NCBI GenBank assembly: GCA_965222075.1
Contig: OZ244937.1
Coordinates: 3,008,001-3,072,000 of the forward strand
Reading direction: 5' to 3'
From: Candidatus Latescibacterota bacterium
GTDB taxonomy: Bacteria > Latescibacterota > UBA2968 > GCA-2709665
Length of the DNA: 64,000 nucleotides
The notes under the pieces were generated by a model that saw only the letters and a list, made by a program, of their open reading frames with translations, did not search any database and had not been told where the DNA came from. The position numbers and the translations under genes are program-made. Numbering within the stretch: position 1 is the stretch's first letter; each line of letters opens with the position of its first letter. This document shows positions 40,147 to 50,587 of this stretch, one piece after another.

Positions 40147-41754
40147 ATGGGGCAGGCCCACACCCAGCTTATCACCGGCGGGCAGATGGCCCGCATCGAC
40201 CAGAGGGCCATCCAGGGCGGCACATCCGGCGATTGCCTGATGGAAGCGGCCGGCCGGGGTGTGGCCCGCGTCCTTAAAGACCTGCTGGGCGGTTTCCAAA
40301 ATCGCAAGATCACCCTCCTCTGCGGCAAGGGGAACAACGGCGGCGACGGCCTTGTCGTCGCCCGCCTGGCCTCCCTGGACGGCGCTGCGGTCCGCGCCTT
40401 CCTCTTTGCATCCGCAGACGACGTAGCAGGCGATGCCCGACTCAATCTCAACCGGGCTTACGGGTGCGGCCTTCACATCGAAGAGATTCAGGCGCCTGAA
40501 GACCTCCCAACGGTCCGGCAGGCCCTTGCAGACGCTCACGCCGCGGTCGATGCCCTCCTGGGCACCGGCATCCGGGGAGGCGCTAAGGGCCTGATCGCAG
40601 ACGCCATCGCCCTGCTGAAAGAGGCCCGCTGCCCCATCCTGGCCGTCGATGTCCCCTCCGGGCTCGACGCCGACACCGGCCGCGCTGAAGAACCCTGCGC
40701 AGCCGCTGCTTGTACGGTCACCTTCGGGCAACCCAGGCTGGGTCAGTTCCTCTATCCGGGACGTTCTCTCTGTGGCCGCCTGCACCTGATCGACATCGGT
40801 CTGCCGGCATCGGCGGTCGAGGCCGAATCCGCTCAAACCTATCTGGTTGCCGCCTGCGGAGGCGCGCCGTTGCTGCCCCACAGGCAGCCAACGGCCCACA
40901 AGGGAGTCTGCGGGCGGGTGGCCATTGTCGCCGGGTCCGTCGGCTTAACCGGAGCGGCGGCCCTCTCGGCAGGCGCCGCCCTCAGAGCGGGCGCGGGGCT
41001 GGTCACAGTCGGTGTCCCCGAAAGCCTCAACAACATCCTGGAAGTCAAGCTCACCGAAGCCATGACCTGCCCCCTGCCGGAGGTCCGGAAGGCGCGCTGT
41101 GTCGCCCTTCGCGCCAGAGGTGAGATCCGGAGGCTTATCGCTCAGGCCGACTGTTTTGCCCTCGGCCCGGGCCTTGGCGCCCACCGGGAAACCGTCGAAC
41201 TGGTCAAACGGATCATCCAGGACGTTCGCATCCCAACCGTCCTGGATGCGGATGCCCTCAACGCCCTTGCCGGAGAGGTCAACCGCCTGACCGCGCTTTG
41301 CGCCCCGGCGGTCATCACGCCCCATCCGGGAGAATTCAGCCGCCTGACCGGAACCGACACATCGGAGGTCCTGTCAGACCCCCTCGGTGCGGCGCAGAGC
41401 CTGGCGACAGCCGTGGGCGTGACAGTCGTACTCAAAGGCGCTCCCACCGTGGTGGCAACCCCGGATGGAGACCGCTTTGTCAATCCCAGCGGCAACGCCG
41501 GCATGGCCACGGGAGGCGCCGGAGATGTCCTCACCGGCATCCTCGCCGCACTCATCGGTCAGGGCCTGGGGGTCGTGCAGGCAGCCTGTCTGGGCGTCTA
41601 CCTGCACGGCCTGGCCGGGGACCTCGCCGCCGAAACCCGGGGGCAGGCAGGCCTTGTTGCAGGAGATATCGTCTCTGCCCTGCCAGCGGCAGAGCAGCAG
41701 ATTCGAAACGGAGAGGATCAACATCGCTACATTCAGCTCTATTCGGACAGCTAG
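40147..41754 (+). CDS. nnr: Bifunctional NAD(P)H-hydrate epimerase/dehydratase (YjeF)
   Basis: CGKGNNGGDG, DALLGTG, DVPSG, DADAL, TPHPGEF, ATGGAGDVL. Confidence 0.95.
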   Translation: MGQAHTQLITGGQMARIDQRAIQGGTSGDCLMEAAGRGVARVLKDLLGGFQNRKITLLCGKGNNGGDGLVVARLASLDGAAVRAFLFASADDVAGDARLNLNRAYGCGLHIEEIQAPEDLPTVRQALADAHAAVDALLGTGIRGGAKGLIADAIALLKEARCPILAVDVPSGLDADTGRAEEPCAAAACTVTFGQPRLGQFLYPGRSLCGRLHLIDIGLPASAVEAESAQTYLVAACGGAPLLPHRQPTAHKGVCGRVAIVAGSVGLTGAAALSAGAALRAGAGLVTVGVPESLNNILEVKLTEAMTCPLPEVRKARCVALRARGEIRRLIAQADCFALGPGLGAHRETVELVKRIIQDVRIPTVLDADALNALAGEVNRLTALCAPAVITPHPGEFSRLTGTDTSEVLSDPLGAAQSLATAVGVTVVLKGAPTVVATPDGDRFVNPSGNAGMATGGAGDVLTGILAALIGQGLGVVQAACLGVYLHGLAGDLAAETRGQAGLVAGDIVSALPAAEQQIRNGEDQHRYIQLYSDS

Positions 41755-41776
41755 CCCACGATAGAAAGCAATCAGA

Positions 41777-42292
41777 ATGCCCAACATTCGAGAAAGCATC
41801 AACGAGATGATTGAGGAGTCCTACCTCCTTAGTCTCAGCGAAAGCGAAATCAGAATGGATCTGGAACGCTTTGTAGAAATGTGCAGCAGGGTAATAAGTG
41901 AAAACATTCACGACAAGAAACAGATGCAAAAATTGTCTGAAAAGCTGGCCAGAGCCCGTGCGCTCAGCCTGGTTGAAGATTACCAGGGGACGGAAGACAG
42001 TGAAATCTTCACCGAAAGCCAGTCCGTCAGACCCTCTCGGAAACGCTTTGCAGAAAAAGTGGCCCGAAACAAGCGCCTCATCCTTCGGGCCATCAGAGAG
42101 TGCGACCCCAGACTGGAGGGACTGATCGAACAGGAACGCTTCCCGGGCATCTCTCAGGGGCAATTCACCCAGCCCCTCCCTCTCCATACCGGATCAAAAA
42201 GCAGAGCCAAAGACCTCTTCCTCAAGTCCTGTTATCTGATCACCCTGTTTTTCGTGCTGTTTTTGGTCTACCTGGCCCTCCTCCAGATTTGA
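41777..42292 (+). CDS. Hypothetical protein with C-terminal transmembrane helix
   Basis: 171-aa ORF in operon orientation; hydrophobic C-terminus. Confidence 0.7.
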   Translation: MPNIRESINEMIEESYLLSLSESEIRMDLERFVEMCSRVISENIHDKKQMQKLSEKLARARALSLVEDYQGTEDSEIFTESQSVRPSRKRFAEKVARNKRLILRAIRECDPRLEGLIEQERFPGISQGQFTQPLPLHTGSKSRAKDLFLKSCYLITLFFVLFLVYLALLQI

Positions 42293-42365
42293 TCGGAAAA
42301 CCTCCTCAGATGCCGTTTCCAATCCACCTGCGGTCCCCCCAACAAGGTCGCAGGCGTTTTTATAG

Positions 42366-42399
42366 GAAAGGTGAAAGGTGAAAGGTGAAAGGTGAAAGG
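42366..42399 (+). repeat. Heptamer tandem repeat (GAAAGGT) x ~5
   Basis: Directly visible upstream of carB. Confidence 0.9.
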
Positions 42400-42430
42400 C
42401 CCTTTGCCTTCTGCCTGCTCACCGCTGATG

Positions 42431-43882
42431 ATGCCCAAACGCACCGACATCCGGAAAGTCATGCTCATCGGCTCCGGCCCCATCATCATCGGCCAGGCCT
42501 GTGAGTTCGACTATTCCGGCACCCAGGCGTGCAAGGCCCTCAAAGAAGAGGGCTACACCGTCGTCCTGGTCAACTCCAACCCCGCCACCATCATGACCGA
42601 TCCCGAGATGGCCGAGCGGACCTACGTGGAACCGGTGACCCCCGATGTCTGCGCCGCCGTGATCGAACGGGAACGGCCCGACGCCCTCCTGCCCACCCTG
42701 GGCGGACAGACCGGCCTCAACGTTGCGATGGACCTCCACCGTGAGGGCGTCCTGGAGCGGTTCGGCGTGGAAATGATCGGCGCCAAACCCGAAGCCATCG
42801 AAAAGGCCGAAAACCGGGAGCGGTTCCAGGAAGCCATAACCCGCATCGGCCTCGACTGCCCCAAAGGAGGGTTTGCCCACACCTTCGAAGGCGCGATGGA
42901 GATCGTCGTCGACATCGGCTACCCGGCCATTATCCGTCCCTCCTATACCCTGGGCGGCACCGGCGCGGGAACGGCCTACAACGCCGAAGAGTTCGAACAG
43001 GCCGCAGCCCAGGGGCTCGACCTGTCTCCCATCACCGAAATCCTTGTGGAAGAGTCCGTCATCGGCTGGAAAGAATTCGAACTGGAGGTCATGCGCGACC
43101 TCAACGACAACGTGGTAATCATCTGCTCCATCGAAAACTTCGACCCAATGGGCATCCACACCGGCGATTCCATCACCGTGGCGCCGGTGCAGACCCTCAC
43201 CGACAAGGAATACCAGCAGATGCGGGATGCCGCCATCGACATCATCCGCGAAATCGGCGTGGAGACCGGCGGGTCCAACATCCAGTTCGCCGTCCACCCC
43301 GATACCGGCCGCATGGTCATTATCGAAATGAACCCCCGCGTCTCCCGGTCTTCCGCCCTCGCCTCCAAGGCCACCGGCTTCCCGATTGCCAAAATCGCCG
43401 CCAAGCTCGCCGTGGGCTACACCCTGGACGAGATCCGGAACGACATCACCCGGGAAACGCCCGCCTCCTTTGAGCCGGCCATCGACTACTGCGTGGTCAA
43501 GATCCCCCGCTGGACCTTCGAGAAATTCCCCCAGACCCAGGACCTGCTGGGCACCCAGATGAAGTCCGTAGGCGAAACCATGGCCATCGGCCGAACCTTC
43601 AAAGAGGCCCTGCAGAAGGGCCTCCGCTCCCTCGAAATCGGCCGCGCCGGCCTCGGCGCAGACGGAAAAGACCTCGACATCGCACAACTCGACCGCACAA
43701 CCGTCGAACACTACCTCCGGACGCCCAATTCCGAGCGCCTCTTCTACCTCAAAGCGGCCTACCAGATGGGCTTTGCCACTTCCGAAATCTACGACCTGAC
43801 CGGCATCGATCCCTGGTTTCTGGAAAACATGCGGCAGATCGTAGACATGGAAAAGGAACTCGCCGGGCTGATGGCTCCGTAA
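42431..43882 (+). CDS. carB: Carbamoyl-phosphate synthase large subunit, N-terminal section
   Basis: [42 protein letters not shown]; stops in the oligomerisation domain. Confidence 0.95.
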   Translation: MPKRTDIRKVMLIGSGPIIIGQACEFDYSGTQACKALKEEGYTVVLVNSNPATIMTDPEMAERTYVEPVTPDVCAAVIERERPDALLPTLGGQTGLNVAMDLHREGVLERFGVEMIGAKPEAIEKAENRERFQEAITRIGLDCPKGGFAHTFEGAMEIVVDIGYPAIIRPSYTLGGTGAGTAYNAEEFEQAAAQGLDLSPITEILVEESVIGWKEFELEVMRDLNDNVVIICSIENFDPMGIHTGDSITVAPVQTLTDKEYQQMRDAAIDIIREIGVETGGSNIQFAVHPDTGRMVIIEMNPRVSRSSALASKATGFPIAKIAAKLAVGYTLDEIRNDITRETPASFEPAIDYCVVKIPRWTFEKFPQTQDLLGTQMKSVGETMAIGRTFKEALQKGLRSLEIGRAGLGADGKDLDIAQLDRTTVEHYLRTPNSERLFYLKAAYQMGFATSEIYDLTGIDPWFLENMRQIVDMEKELAGLMAP

Positions 43883-43909
43883 GAGCACGGCATGCCCCAA
43901 ATATAACCT

Positions 43910-45742
43910 ATGCCGACCCAACAACACACCCTCGACGACCTGCGCGCCCGCATCGGCCGTGACGACCTCCTCAGGGCCAAACAGTACGGCTTTTCCGACC
44001 GGCAGCTGGCCCACCTCTGGAAGACCGATGAGTGGGCCGTACGCGCCTTCCGCAAGGAACTCGGCGTTGTGGCCACCTTCAAAACCGTAGATACCTGCGC
44101 CGCCGAATTCGAGGCCTATACCCCCTACCACTACTCCACCTACGAACGTGAAAACGAGGCCATTCAGTCCAACCGGAAAAAGATCCTGATCCTGGGCGGT
44201 GGTCCCAACCGCATCGGCCAGGGCATCGAATTCGACTACTGCTGCGTGCACGCCTCCTTTGCCCTGAAAAAGGACGGCTATGAGACCATCATGGCCAACT
44301 CCAACCCCGAGACCGTCAGCACCGACTACGACACCTCCGACAAGCTCTACTTTGAACCGCTCACCGCCGAGGACATCCTCAACATCGCCGATGTGGAAGC
44401 GCCCGACGGGGTCATCGTCCAGTTCGGCGGGCAGACCCCGCTCAACCTCGCCCGCGACCTGGAGCGGGGCGGGGTCACCATTATCGGGACCTCTCCCGAC
44501 AGCATCGACCTGGCCGAAGACCGGAGACGCTTTGGCGCCCTCATCCAAAGCCTGGGCATCCGCCAGTCCGACAACGGCACCGCCACCGGCGTGGACGAGG
44601 CCGTATCCATAGCCGAATCAATCGGGTACCCGGTGCTGGTTCGCCCCTCCTACGTCCTGGGGGGGCGCGCCATGGCCATCGTCTACGAACAGGAAGCCCT
44701 CCTCAGGTACATGGACGAAGCCATCCAGGCCTCGCCCGAACACCCCGTGCTCATCGACCGCTTCCTCGAAGACGCCTACGAATTCGACGTCGACGCCGTA
44801 GCCGACGCCACCGCCGTGGTCATCGGAGGGATCATGCAACACATCGAAAGCGCGGGCGTCCACTCCGGAGACAGCGCCTGTGTGCTCCCCCCTTACATGA
44901 TCTCTGAGGAAAACCTCGCCGAACTCCGGGCGCACACCCATGCCCTGGCCCACGCGCTCAACGTGGTGGGCCTGATGAACGTGCAGTATGCCATCCAGGA
45001 CGAGGAAGTCTACATCCTCGAGGTCAACCCCCGGGCCTCCCGCACCGTGCCCTTCGTCAGCAAAGCCACTGGTATCCCGCTGGCCCAGGTCGCCGCCCGC
45101 GCGATGGTCGGTCGGTCTCTCAAGGAACAGGGCATCACCGATGAGATCGCCATCGACCATATCGCGGTGAAAGAGGCCGTGCTCCCCTTTACCAAATTTC
45201 CGGGGGTAGACACCCTTCTGGGTCCCGAAATGAAGTCCACCGGCGAGGTCATGGGCATCGGCACCGACTTCGGCCTCAGCTTCCACAAGGCCCAGCTCGG
45301 CGCAGGGGTGCGGTTGCCGGCCGAAGGGACCGTCTTCGTCAGCGTCAACGACCGGGACAAGGAGGCCGTGGTCCCCATCGCCCGGCGCCTTGCCGACCTC
45401 GGATTCCGCATTGTGGCCACCCGGGGCACCCGCGACCACCTGAAGGCGCAGAATATTCCGGCCGAACGCATCTTCAAAATTCAAGAGGGGCGTCCCCACA
45501 TCGTGGATGCGATCAAAAACAAAACCATCGCCCTGATGATCAACACGCCCGCAGGCGAAAAAGCCCAGGCGGACGACCACCAGATCCGGCGCGCCGCCCT
45601 GCAATACGGCGTCCCCTACACCACCACGCTCGCCGGGGCTGCCGCTGCCGTGGCCGGCATTGAATCCCTGAAAAGAAACGGCTCCATCCAGGTCCGATCC
45701 CTTCAGGAGTTCCACCAGCAGGAGGCCCCGCCGATCCCATGA
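43910..45742 (+). CDS. carB: Carbamoyl-phosphate synthase large subunit, C-terminal section
   Basis: [50 protein letters not shown] domain. Confidence 0.95.
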   Translation: MPTQQHTLDDLRARIGRDDLLRAKQYGFSDRQLAHLWKTDEWAVRAFRKELGVVATFKTVDTCAAEFEAYTPYHYSTYERENEAIQSNRKKILILGGGPNRIGQGIEFDYCCVHASFALKKDGYETIMANSNPETVSTDYDTSDKLYFEPLTAEDILNIADVEAPDGVIVQFGGQTPLNLARDLERGGVTIIGTSPDSIDLAEDRRRFGALIQSLGIRQSDNGTATGVDEAVSIAESIGYPVLVRPSYVLGGRAMAIVYEQEALLRYMDEAIQASPEHPVLIDRFLEDAYEFDVDAVADATAVVIGGIMQHIESAGVHSGDSACVLPPYMISEENLAELRAHTHALAHALNVVGLMNVQYAIQDEEVYILEVNPRASRTVPFVSKATGIPLAQVAARAMVGRSLKEQGITDEIAIDHIAVKEAVLPFTKFPGVDTLLGPEMKSTGEVMGIGTDFGLSFHKAQLGAGVRLPAEGTVFVSVNDRDKEAVVPIARRLADLGFRIVATRGTRDHLKAQNIPAERIFKIQEGRPHIVDAIKNKTIALMINTPAGEKAQADDHQIRRAALQYGVPYTTTLAGAAAAVAGIESLKRNGSIQVRSLQEFHQQEAPPIP

Positions 45743-48114
45743 AACACTTCTGGCGATTTGGAAATCCGGCCCTTTTTATCCTCCTCTCGTTGACCGCTGT
45801 GGGCTGTGTGTATTACAATACCTTTTACAATGCCCTCAAACGCTACGAGGAGGCCGAACGGAAACGCCGGGATGCGGAAACCAGGTCCAGCAGGCAGGCC
45901 GAGCACGCCTACCAGGCGCTTTATATGAGCGTGATCCGGAAGGCCTCGGTCGTACTGGATCGCCACCCCGAAAGCAAATGGGTGGACGACAGCCTCCTCA
46001 TCATCGGCAAGGCCTTCTACTGGCGCAAGCAATACGACGAGTCCCTGCTTAAATTCCAGGAGCTTCAAGAGAACTTCCCCCAAAGTGAACTCATCGAAGA
46101 ATCCCTCTACTGGCAGGGGCTCGCCCTGTGGGCCGCAGAACGGATAGACGAGGCGCGGGGTATCCTGGAAATCCTTGTAGAAGCGTCCAACCCCACCTTT
46201 TCCCCAAAGGCCCAGCTTGCGCTGGCCGAACTGGAAGCCGGAGAGGGCAATTATGACGCCGCGATAGACGCCTATCATCATCTTCTGCCGCAATTTAAAG
46301 AAAAAAAGCTGAAGGCCGAGACCCGAAAGGGGCTTGGAAATGCTTACTTCCAGCTGAAGCGCTACGACGAAGCCCTCCAGGCCTACGAAAATGCCCTGGC
46401 CTCCAAACCCGACCCCACAACCAACTACCAGATCCGCCTCCGCATCGGGCGCATCCTGGAACTTCAGGGAAGACTGAAGGAGGCCATGCAGGCCTATCAA
46501 AAGATCTTGAAGATCAAACGCTTTCGGTCCTACGCGCCGGACATCCGTCTCAAACAGGCCAACGTCTACCTCCTGATGGGGCGTCTGGAAGAGACCCTGG
46601 AGGTATACCAGGAGGTCATCCGGCAAAACCCCCGCACCGATCAAAGTGCCGAAGCTTACTACCGGATGGGGTTGATTAATCAGAAACAGCGGAAGGATCT
46701 GGACCGGGCCAAAGAACACTTTGAACAGGCGCGCAGGGAAAAAGGAAACTCTAAAATCTCCCTGTTGGCCCGGGATCGGCTGACAGACCTCGCCGACCTG
46801 AGAAAATATCGGAAAGCCGCCGAAGCAGACAGCATGAAAAACCCCGAGCCCCTCTTCAACCTGGCCGAACTTTACCTCTTCAATCTGGAAGACCCCGATA
46901 CCGCTCTGGCCATCTATCAGAAAGTCCTGGAAGTGGCCGACACAACCGAATATACCCCCAAGTCCCTCTACGCAATCGGCCTGATCTATGCCGACAGCCT
47001 GAAGGATGAGCAGGCCGCACAAAAAACCTTCCGGAAACTGATCGACGCCTATCCGGCGAGCTCCTATGCGGTCGCGGCCCAGGAACGCACCCGGCAGAAA
47101 CGCACGGACGACGCCCTGGCCGAAGCCCGATTCCTCGAAGCCGAAGCCCTCGCCCGGGGGGGGACAGGCGTAGCGGAGGTCTTGACCATCCTCGAACAGG
47201 TCACCGAAGCATACCCCAAAAGCCTCTTTGCGCCCAAAGCCCTTTACACCCTGGCCTGGACCTACGAGAACCGGCTCGACAGCATCGAAGTGGCGCGTGT
47301 CCACTATCAGCGCCTGATAGACCGGTATCCTCTGACCGCATTTTCCGAAGTGGCCAGAGAAAAACTGGAGAAAGGCTTTGTCGACCCCACGGCGACGGAT
47401 GGCGCCGATTCGGTTCAGGCGGCCGAATCCGTCCGGCCCGATTCCGATGCCGCCCTTCAGGACACCCTTTCCGACACCGCCCCGGACGATTTATCGCCGC
47501 AGGGGGAAGAGGCGGATCTTGTAGCGTTCTGGGAGGCAGAGACGAAGCCGGTCATGATCAAACACGTTGACGCCCAGTACCCGGAGGAGGCGCGATTTGA
47601 GAACGCTGAAGGCGAAGTCTTCCTCAGGTTCCGGATCGGAAAAGAAGGCTGGGTAGAAGAGGTGAAGGTGCTCAAGGGGGACGAAGTCTTCAGACAGGCC
47701 GCAATCGACGCCGTCAAACAATTTATGTTTGAACCCGCCACACAAAACGACAAACCCGTACGGGTTTGGGTGCCCTATGCCATCGAATTTAAACCGTCGT
47801 CGGAGGCTGCCAGGGCGGATGAAGGTCTCGTAGACTTCTGGAAGGTAGAGAAAAAACCGGTCCTGGTCGAACGCGTTGCCCCCGAATATCCGGAGGAGGC
47901 ACAGTGGGAGAACCTGGAAGGCGAGGTGCTCGTCAGGTTCCAGGTTGGAAAAGATGGCCGGGTGGAACAGGTGGAGGTGCTCGAAGGAGAAAAGGTCTTC
48001 AGACAGGCCGCAATTGATGCGGTCAGGCAATTTGTCTTTGAACCTGCCACGCACGACTTCAGGCCTGTACGGGTCCGGGTGATTGAATCCATCAAATTTA
48101 AGATACCGGATTGA
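45739..48114 (+). CDS. TPR lipoprotein with two C-terminal TonB_C domains
   Basis: Lipobox AVGC, many TPR motifs (YP-S), two repeats YPEEA..EGEV...G-V...[16 protein letters not shown]. Confidence 0.85.
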   Translation: MKHFWRFGNPALFILLSLTAVGCVYYNTFYNALKRYEEAERKRRDAETRSSRQAEHAYQALYMSVIRKASVVLDRHPESKWVDDSLLIIGKAFYWRKQYDESLLKFQELQENFPQSELIEESLYWQGLALWAAERIDEARGILEILVEASNPTFSPKAQLALAELEAGEGNYDAAIDAYHHLLPQFKEKKLKAETRKGLGNAYFQLKRYDEALQAYENALASKPDPTTNYQIRLRIGRILELQGRLKEAMQAYQKILKIKRFRSYAPDIRLKQANVYLLMGRLEETLEVYQEVIRQNPRTDQSAEAYYRMGLINQKQRKDLDRAKEHFEQARREKGNSKISLLARDRLTDLADLRKYRKAAEADSMKNPEPLFNLAELYLFNLEDPDTALAIYQKVLEVADTTEYTPKSLYAIGLIYADSLKDEQAAQKTFRKLIDAYPASSYAVAAQERTRQKRTDDALAEARFLEAEALARGGTGVAEVLTILEQVTEAYPKSLFAPKALYTLAWTYENRLDSIEVARVHYQRLIDRYPLTAFSEVAREKLEKGFVDPTATDGADSVQAAESVRPDSDAALQDTLSDTAPDDLSPQGEEADLVAFWEAETKPVMIKHVDAQYPEEARFENAEGEVFLRFRIGKEGWVEEVKVLKGDEVFRQAAIDAVKQFMFEPATQNDKPVRVWVPYAIEFKPSSEAARADEGLVDFWKVEKKPVLVERVAPEYPEEAQWENLEGEVLVRFQVGKDGRVEQVEVLEGEKVFRQAAIDAVRQFVFEPATHDFRPVRVRVIESIKFKIPD

Positions 48115-48166
48115 GATAACATTAGACGACACTTCCGGATTCAACGGGTATAACCCGATCGGCACC

Positions 48167-48961
48167 ATGATCCCGCACCTTCTTCAGGAAGACGCAGAGA
48201 TTCTTCTCAACGAGCCGGCCGCCCGGGGCATCTACCTGATGCGGCTCTCCGCTCCGCAGGTCGCCCGCGCCATCCGGCCGGCCCAGTTTGTGCAGATCCG
48301 GACCGACCCGGGCCTCTCTCCCTTCCTGCGGCGTCCCTTCAGCGCCCTTCGGGTGGATCGGGAAGAGGGGTGGATCGACATCTTCTACGATGTGATCGGC
48401 CCGGGTACCCGCCGGATGCAGGAAGCCGCTCCTGGCCAGACGCTCAACCTGCTTGGCCCCCTCGGCCTCCCCTTCTCCCCGCCACGGGCCGACCGCCTCC
48501 TCCTGGTGGCAGGCGGCGTCGGCCTCGTTCCCCTGGCCTTTTGGGCCTGGGACTGCCCCGGGCAACGCGCCCACACGGTCTTCCTGATGGGCGCTGCAGG
48601 CCGGGACCGCATGCCCGACATGGACCGGTTGCTGCCCCCCGGCCTGGAGGTCCACCTCGCCACAGACGACGGCAGCCTGGGACACCGGGGCTTTGTAACC
48701 GACCTGATCGCCGCACACGTCACTTCAGATCAAACGGTGATCTTCACCTGCGGCCCCCACCCCATGATGGCCCATGTGGTGGCCATCGCCGCCGATCTCA
48801 ACCTGTCCTGCTATGCCTCTCTGGAGAACCACATGGGCTGTGGATTTGGGGCCTGCGTCGGATGCGTTGTCGAATACCGTGAAGCGCAGCGCGAAGACCG
48901 CCGTTTCCGTCGGATCTGCGTAGAAGGCCCGGTGGTGGACGCCCACGCCGTTGTCTGGTAA
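48167..48961 (+). CDS. pyrK: Dihydroorotate dehydrogenase electron-transfer subunit
   Basis: LRRPFS, GPLG, AGGVG, CGP, MGCGFGACVGC...C. Confidence 0.95.
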   Translation: MIPHLLQEDAEILLNEPAARGIYLMRLSAPQVARAIRPAQFVQIRTDPGLSPFLRRPFSALRVDREEGWIDIFYDVIGPGTRRMQEAAPGQTLNLLGPLGLPFSPPRADRLLLVAGGVGLVPLAFWAWDCPGQRAHTVFLMGAAGRDRMPDMDRLLPPGLEVHLATDDGSLGHRGFVTDLIAAHVTSDQTVIFTCGPHPMMAHVVAIAADLNLSCYASLENHMGCGFGACVGCVVEYREAQREDRRFRRICVEGPVVDAHAVVW

Positions 48962-49061
48962 AAAGACAGCCGCATCACGCCCCCCCACAAACCCCGATGT
49001 TTGTCCCAACGGGGCAGGGTGGGGGTGGACTGGCGACTCACGGCGACTCACGACTGAGTCT

Positions 49062-49985
49062 ATGGATCTCTCCTCACACATCGGCGGCGGACTCATCCTC
49101 AAAAATCCGGTCATGATGGCCTCCGGCTGTTTTGGCCACGCAGCTGAGTACGCCCACCTCTTCGACCTGAGCCGGATCGGCGGTATCGTCACCAAAACCA
49201 TCACCCACCACCCCCGTGCCGGCAATCCCTACCCCCGGACCGCCGAGACCCCTTCGGGCATGCTCAACGCCATTGGACTGACCAATCCGGGGCTTGAAGG
49301 ATTTGTTGCGGAAAAGGTCCCCGCGCTCCAGGCGCTTTCCACCGTACGGGTGGTCAGCATTGCCGGTACCTCAGACGATGAATTCGCCGAAATGGCGCGG
49401 CGTCTTAACGACCTGCCCGGCATCGACGCCCTGGAGCTGAACATCTCCTCTCCCAACATGAAAGATGGCGGGATGCTCTTCGGGTGCCGGGAACGTGCCG
49501 CCCACAGCGTCACAGCAGCCGTAAAAGCGGTCTCCCGGCTGCCCATCATCGTCAAGCTGTCCCCCAATGTAACCGACATTGGGGCGGTAGCTGCTGCGGT
49601 GGAAGAGGGCGGGGCAGACGGCATCGCCCTCATCAACACCCTCCTGGGCCTGGCCGTGGACATCTCCTCCAGGCGGCCTGTGCTCGGCAATATCACCGGC
49701 GGGCTTTCCGGGCCGGCAATCAAACCCGTAGCCCTGGCCATGGTCTGGAAAGTCGCAAACCGGGTCTCGGTCCCCATCACCGGCATGGGAGGCATCACCA
49801 CGGCCGAGGACGCCGTTGAATTTCTGATCGTCGGGGCATCCGCCGTTCAGGTCGGAACGGCAACATTTGTCAACCCCTGGGCGGCTCTGGAGATCGTCGA
49901 TGGAATGGTCGACTACTGTAAGGCCCACAACATCGCCCGACTCTCTGATCTCGTGGGAAGCCTTGAAACAGAGCCTCTCACTTAG
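49062..49985 (+). CDS. pyrD: Dihydroorotate dehydrogenase family 1B catalytic subunit
   Basis: LKNPVMMASG, NAIGLTNPG, ELNISSPN, VKLSPN, GGLSGPAIKP. Confidence 0.95.
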   Translation: MDLSSHIGGGLILKNPVMMASGCFGHAAEYAHLFDLSRIGGIVTKTITHHPRAGNPYPRTAETPSGMLNAIGLTNPGLEGFVAEKVPALQALSTVRVVSIAGTSDDEFAEMARRLNDLPGIDALELNISSPNMKDGGMLFGCRERAAHSVTAAVKAVSRLPIIVKLSPNVTDIGAVAAAVEEGGADGIALINTLLGLAVDISSRRPVLGNITGGLSGPAIKPVALAMVWKVANRVSVPITGMGGITTAEDAVEFLIVGASAVQVGTATFVNPWAALEIVDGMVDYCKAHNIARLSDLVGSLETEPLT

Positions 49986-50460
49986 ACGGTGCGCGCTCCG
50001 GCGCCCTCTGATCCTGATCCTGTGCGCCATCAGTCTGGCAGCGGGCTGCGTCTCTCGCCCCCGGTACCGTACCAATCCCCTGCCGTCTCAGCCTGCCGAA
50101 AAGCCGGCGGACGAGAAGGAGGGGCAGAAGCATTCCCTCTCCCCAATTTCTACGCAGGGGGCCTATCAGGTCGGTCTCTCTTCCTACTATGCCCACAAAT
50201 TTCACGGGAGACCGACCGCCAGCGGAGAGATCTTCGACATGAACGGCCTCACCGCCGCCCACCGGGAACTCGCGCTTGGCACGGTTATCCGGGTCACCCA
50301 CCTCAACAACGGCCGCAGCGTCGTCGTCAAGGTCAACGACCGGGGGCCCTTCATAGAAGGCCGCATCCTCGACCTCTCCCTGGGCGCCGCCCTCGAAATC
50401 GACATGGTCGAAGAAGGGGTGGCCAGGGTCAAAATCGAAATCGTCAAACCCGTGGACTAA
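49963..50460 (+). CDS. rlpA: Septal-ring lytic transglycosylase RlpA-family lipoprotein
   Basis: LAAGC lipobox, SYY...FHGRPTASGE, TAAH, VNDRGPF, ILDLS; probable TTG start. Confidence 0.9.
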   Translation: MKQSLSLRRCALRRPLILILCAISLAAGCVSRPRYRTNPLPSQPAEKPADEKEGQKHSLSPISTQGAYQVGLSSYYAHKFHGRPTASGEIFDMNGLTAAHRELALGTVIRVTHLNNGRSVVVKVNDRGPFIEGRILDLSLGAALEIDMVEEGVARVKIEIVKPVD

Positions 50461-50476
50461 CCCCTGCCACAAACAC

Positions 50477-50518
50477 AACGGTCGCCCTCCACTCCGGAAG
50501 GCGACCGTTTGCGTTTTT
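50477..50518 (+). terminator. Intrinsic terminator after rlpA
   Basis: aacggtcgcc/ggcgaccgtt stem followed by T-rich tail, between convergent genes. Confidence 0.7.
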
Positions 50519-50587
50519 AACATTCTCCCGGGTCTTGAAACGCCGGGAAGAGAAGGTCGATAGGGAAAAACATACGACCGTGTGCCC

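Noticed and set aside
43880-43912. carB break as sequencing error or read-through
   Set aside because: Two in-frame stops and a separate start codon
42419-47304. Long antisense ORFs (709, 365, 533 aa); likewise 53584-55167, 55500-56891, 58862-60175
   Set aside because: Expected shadows of GC3-biased genes; no motifs
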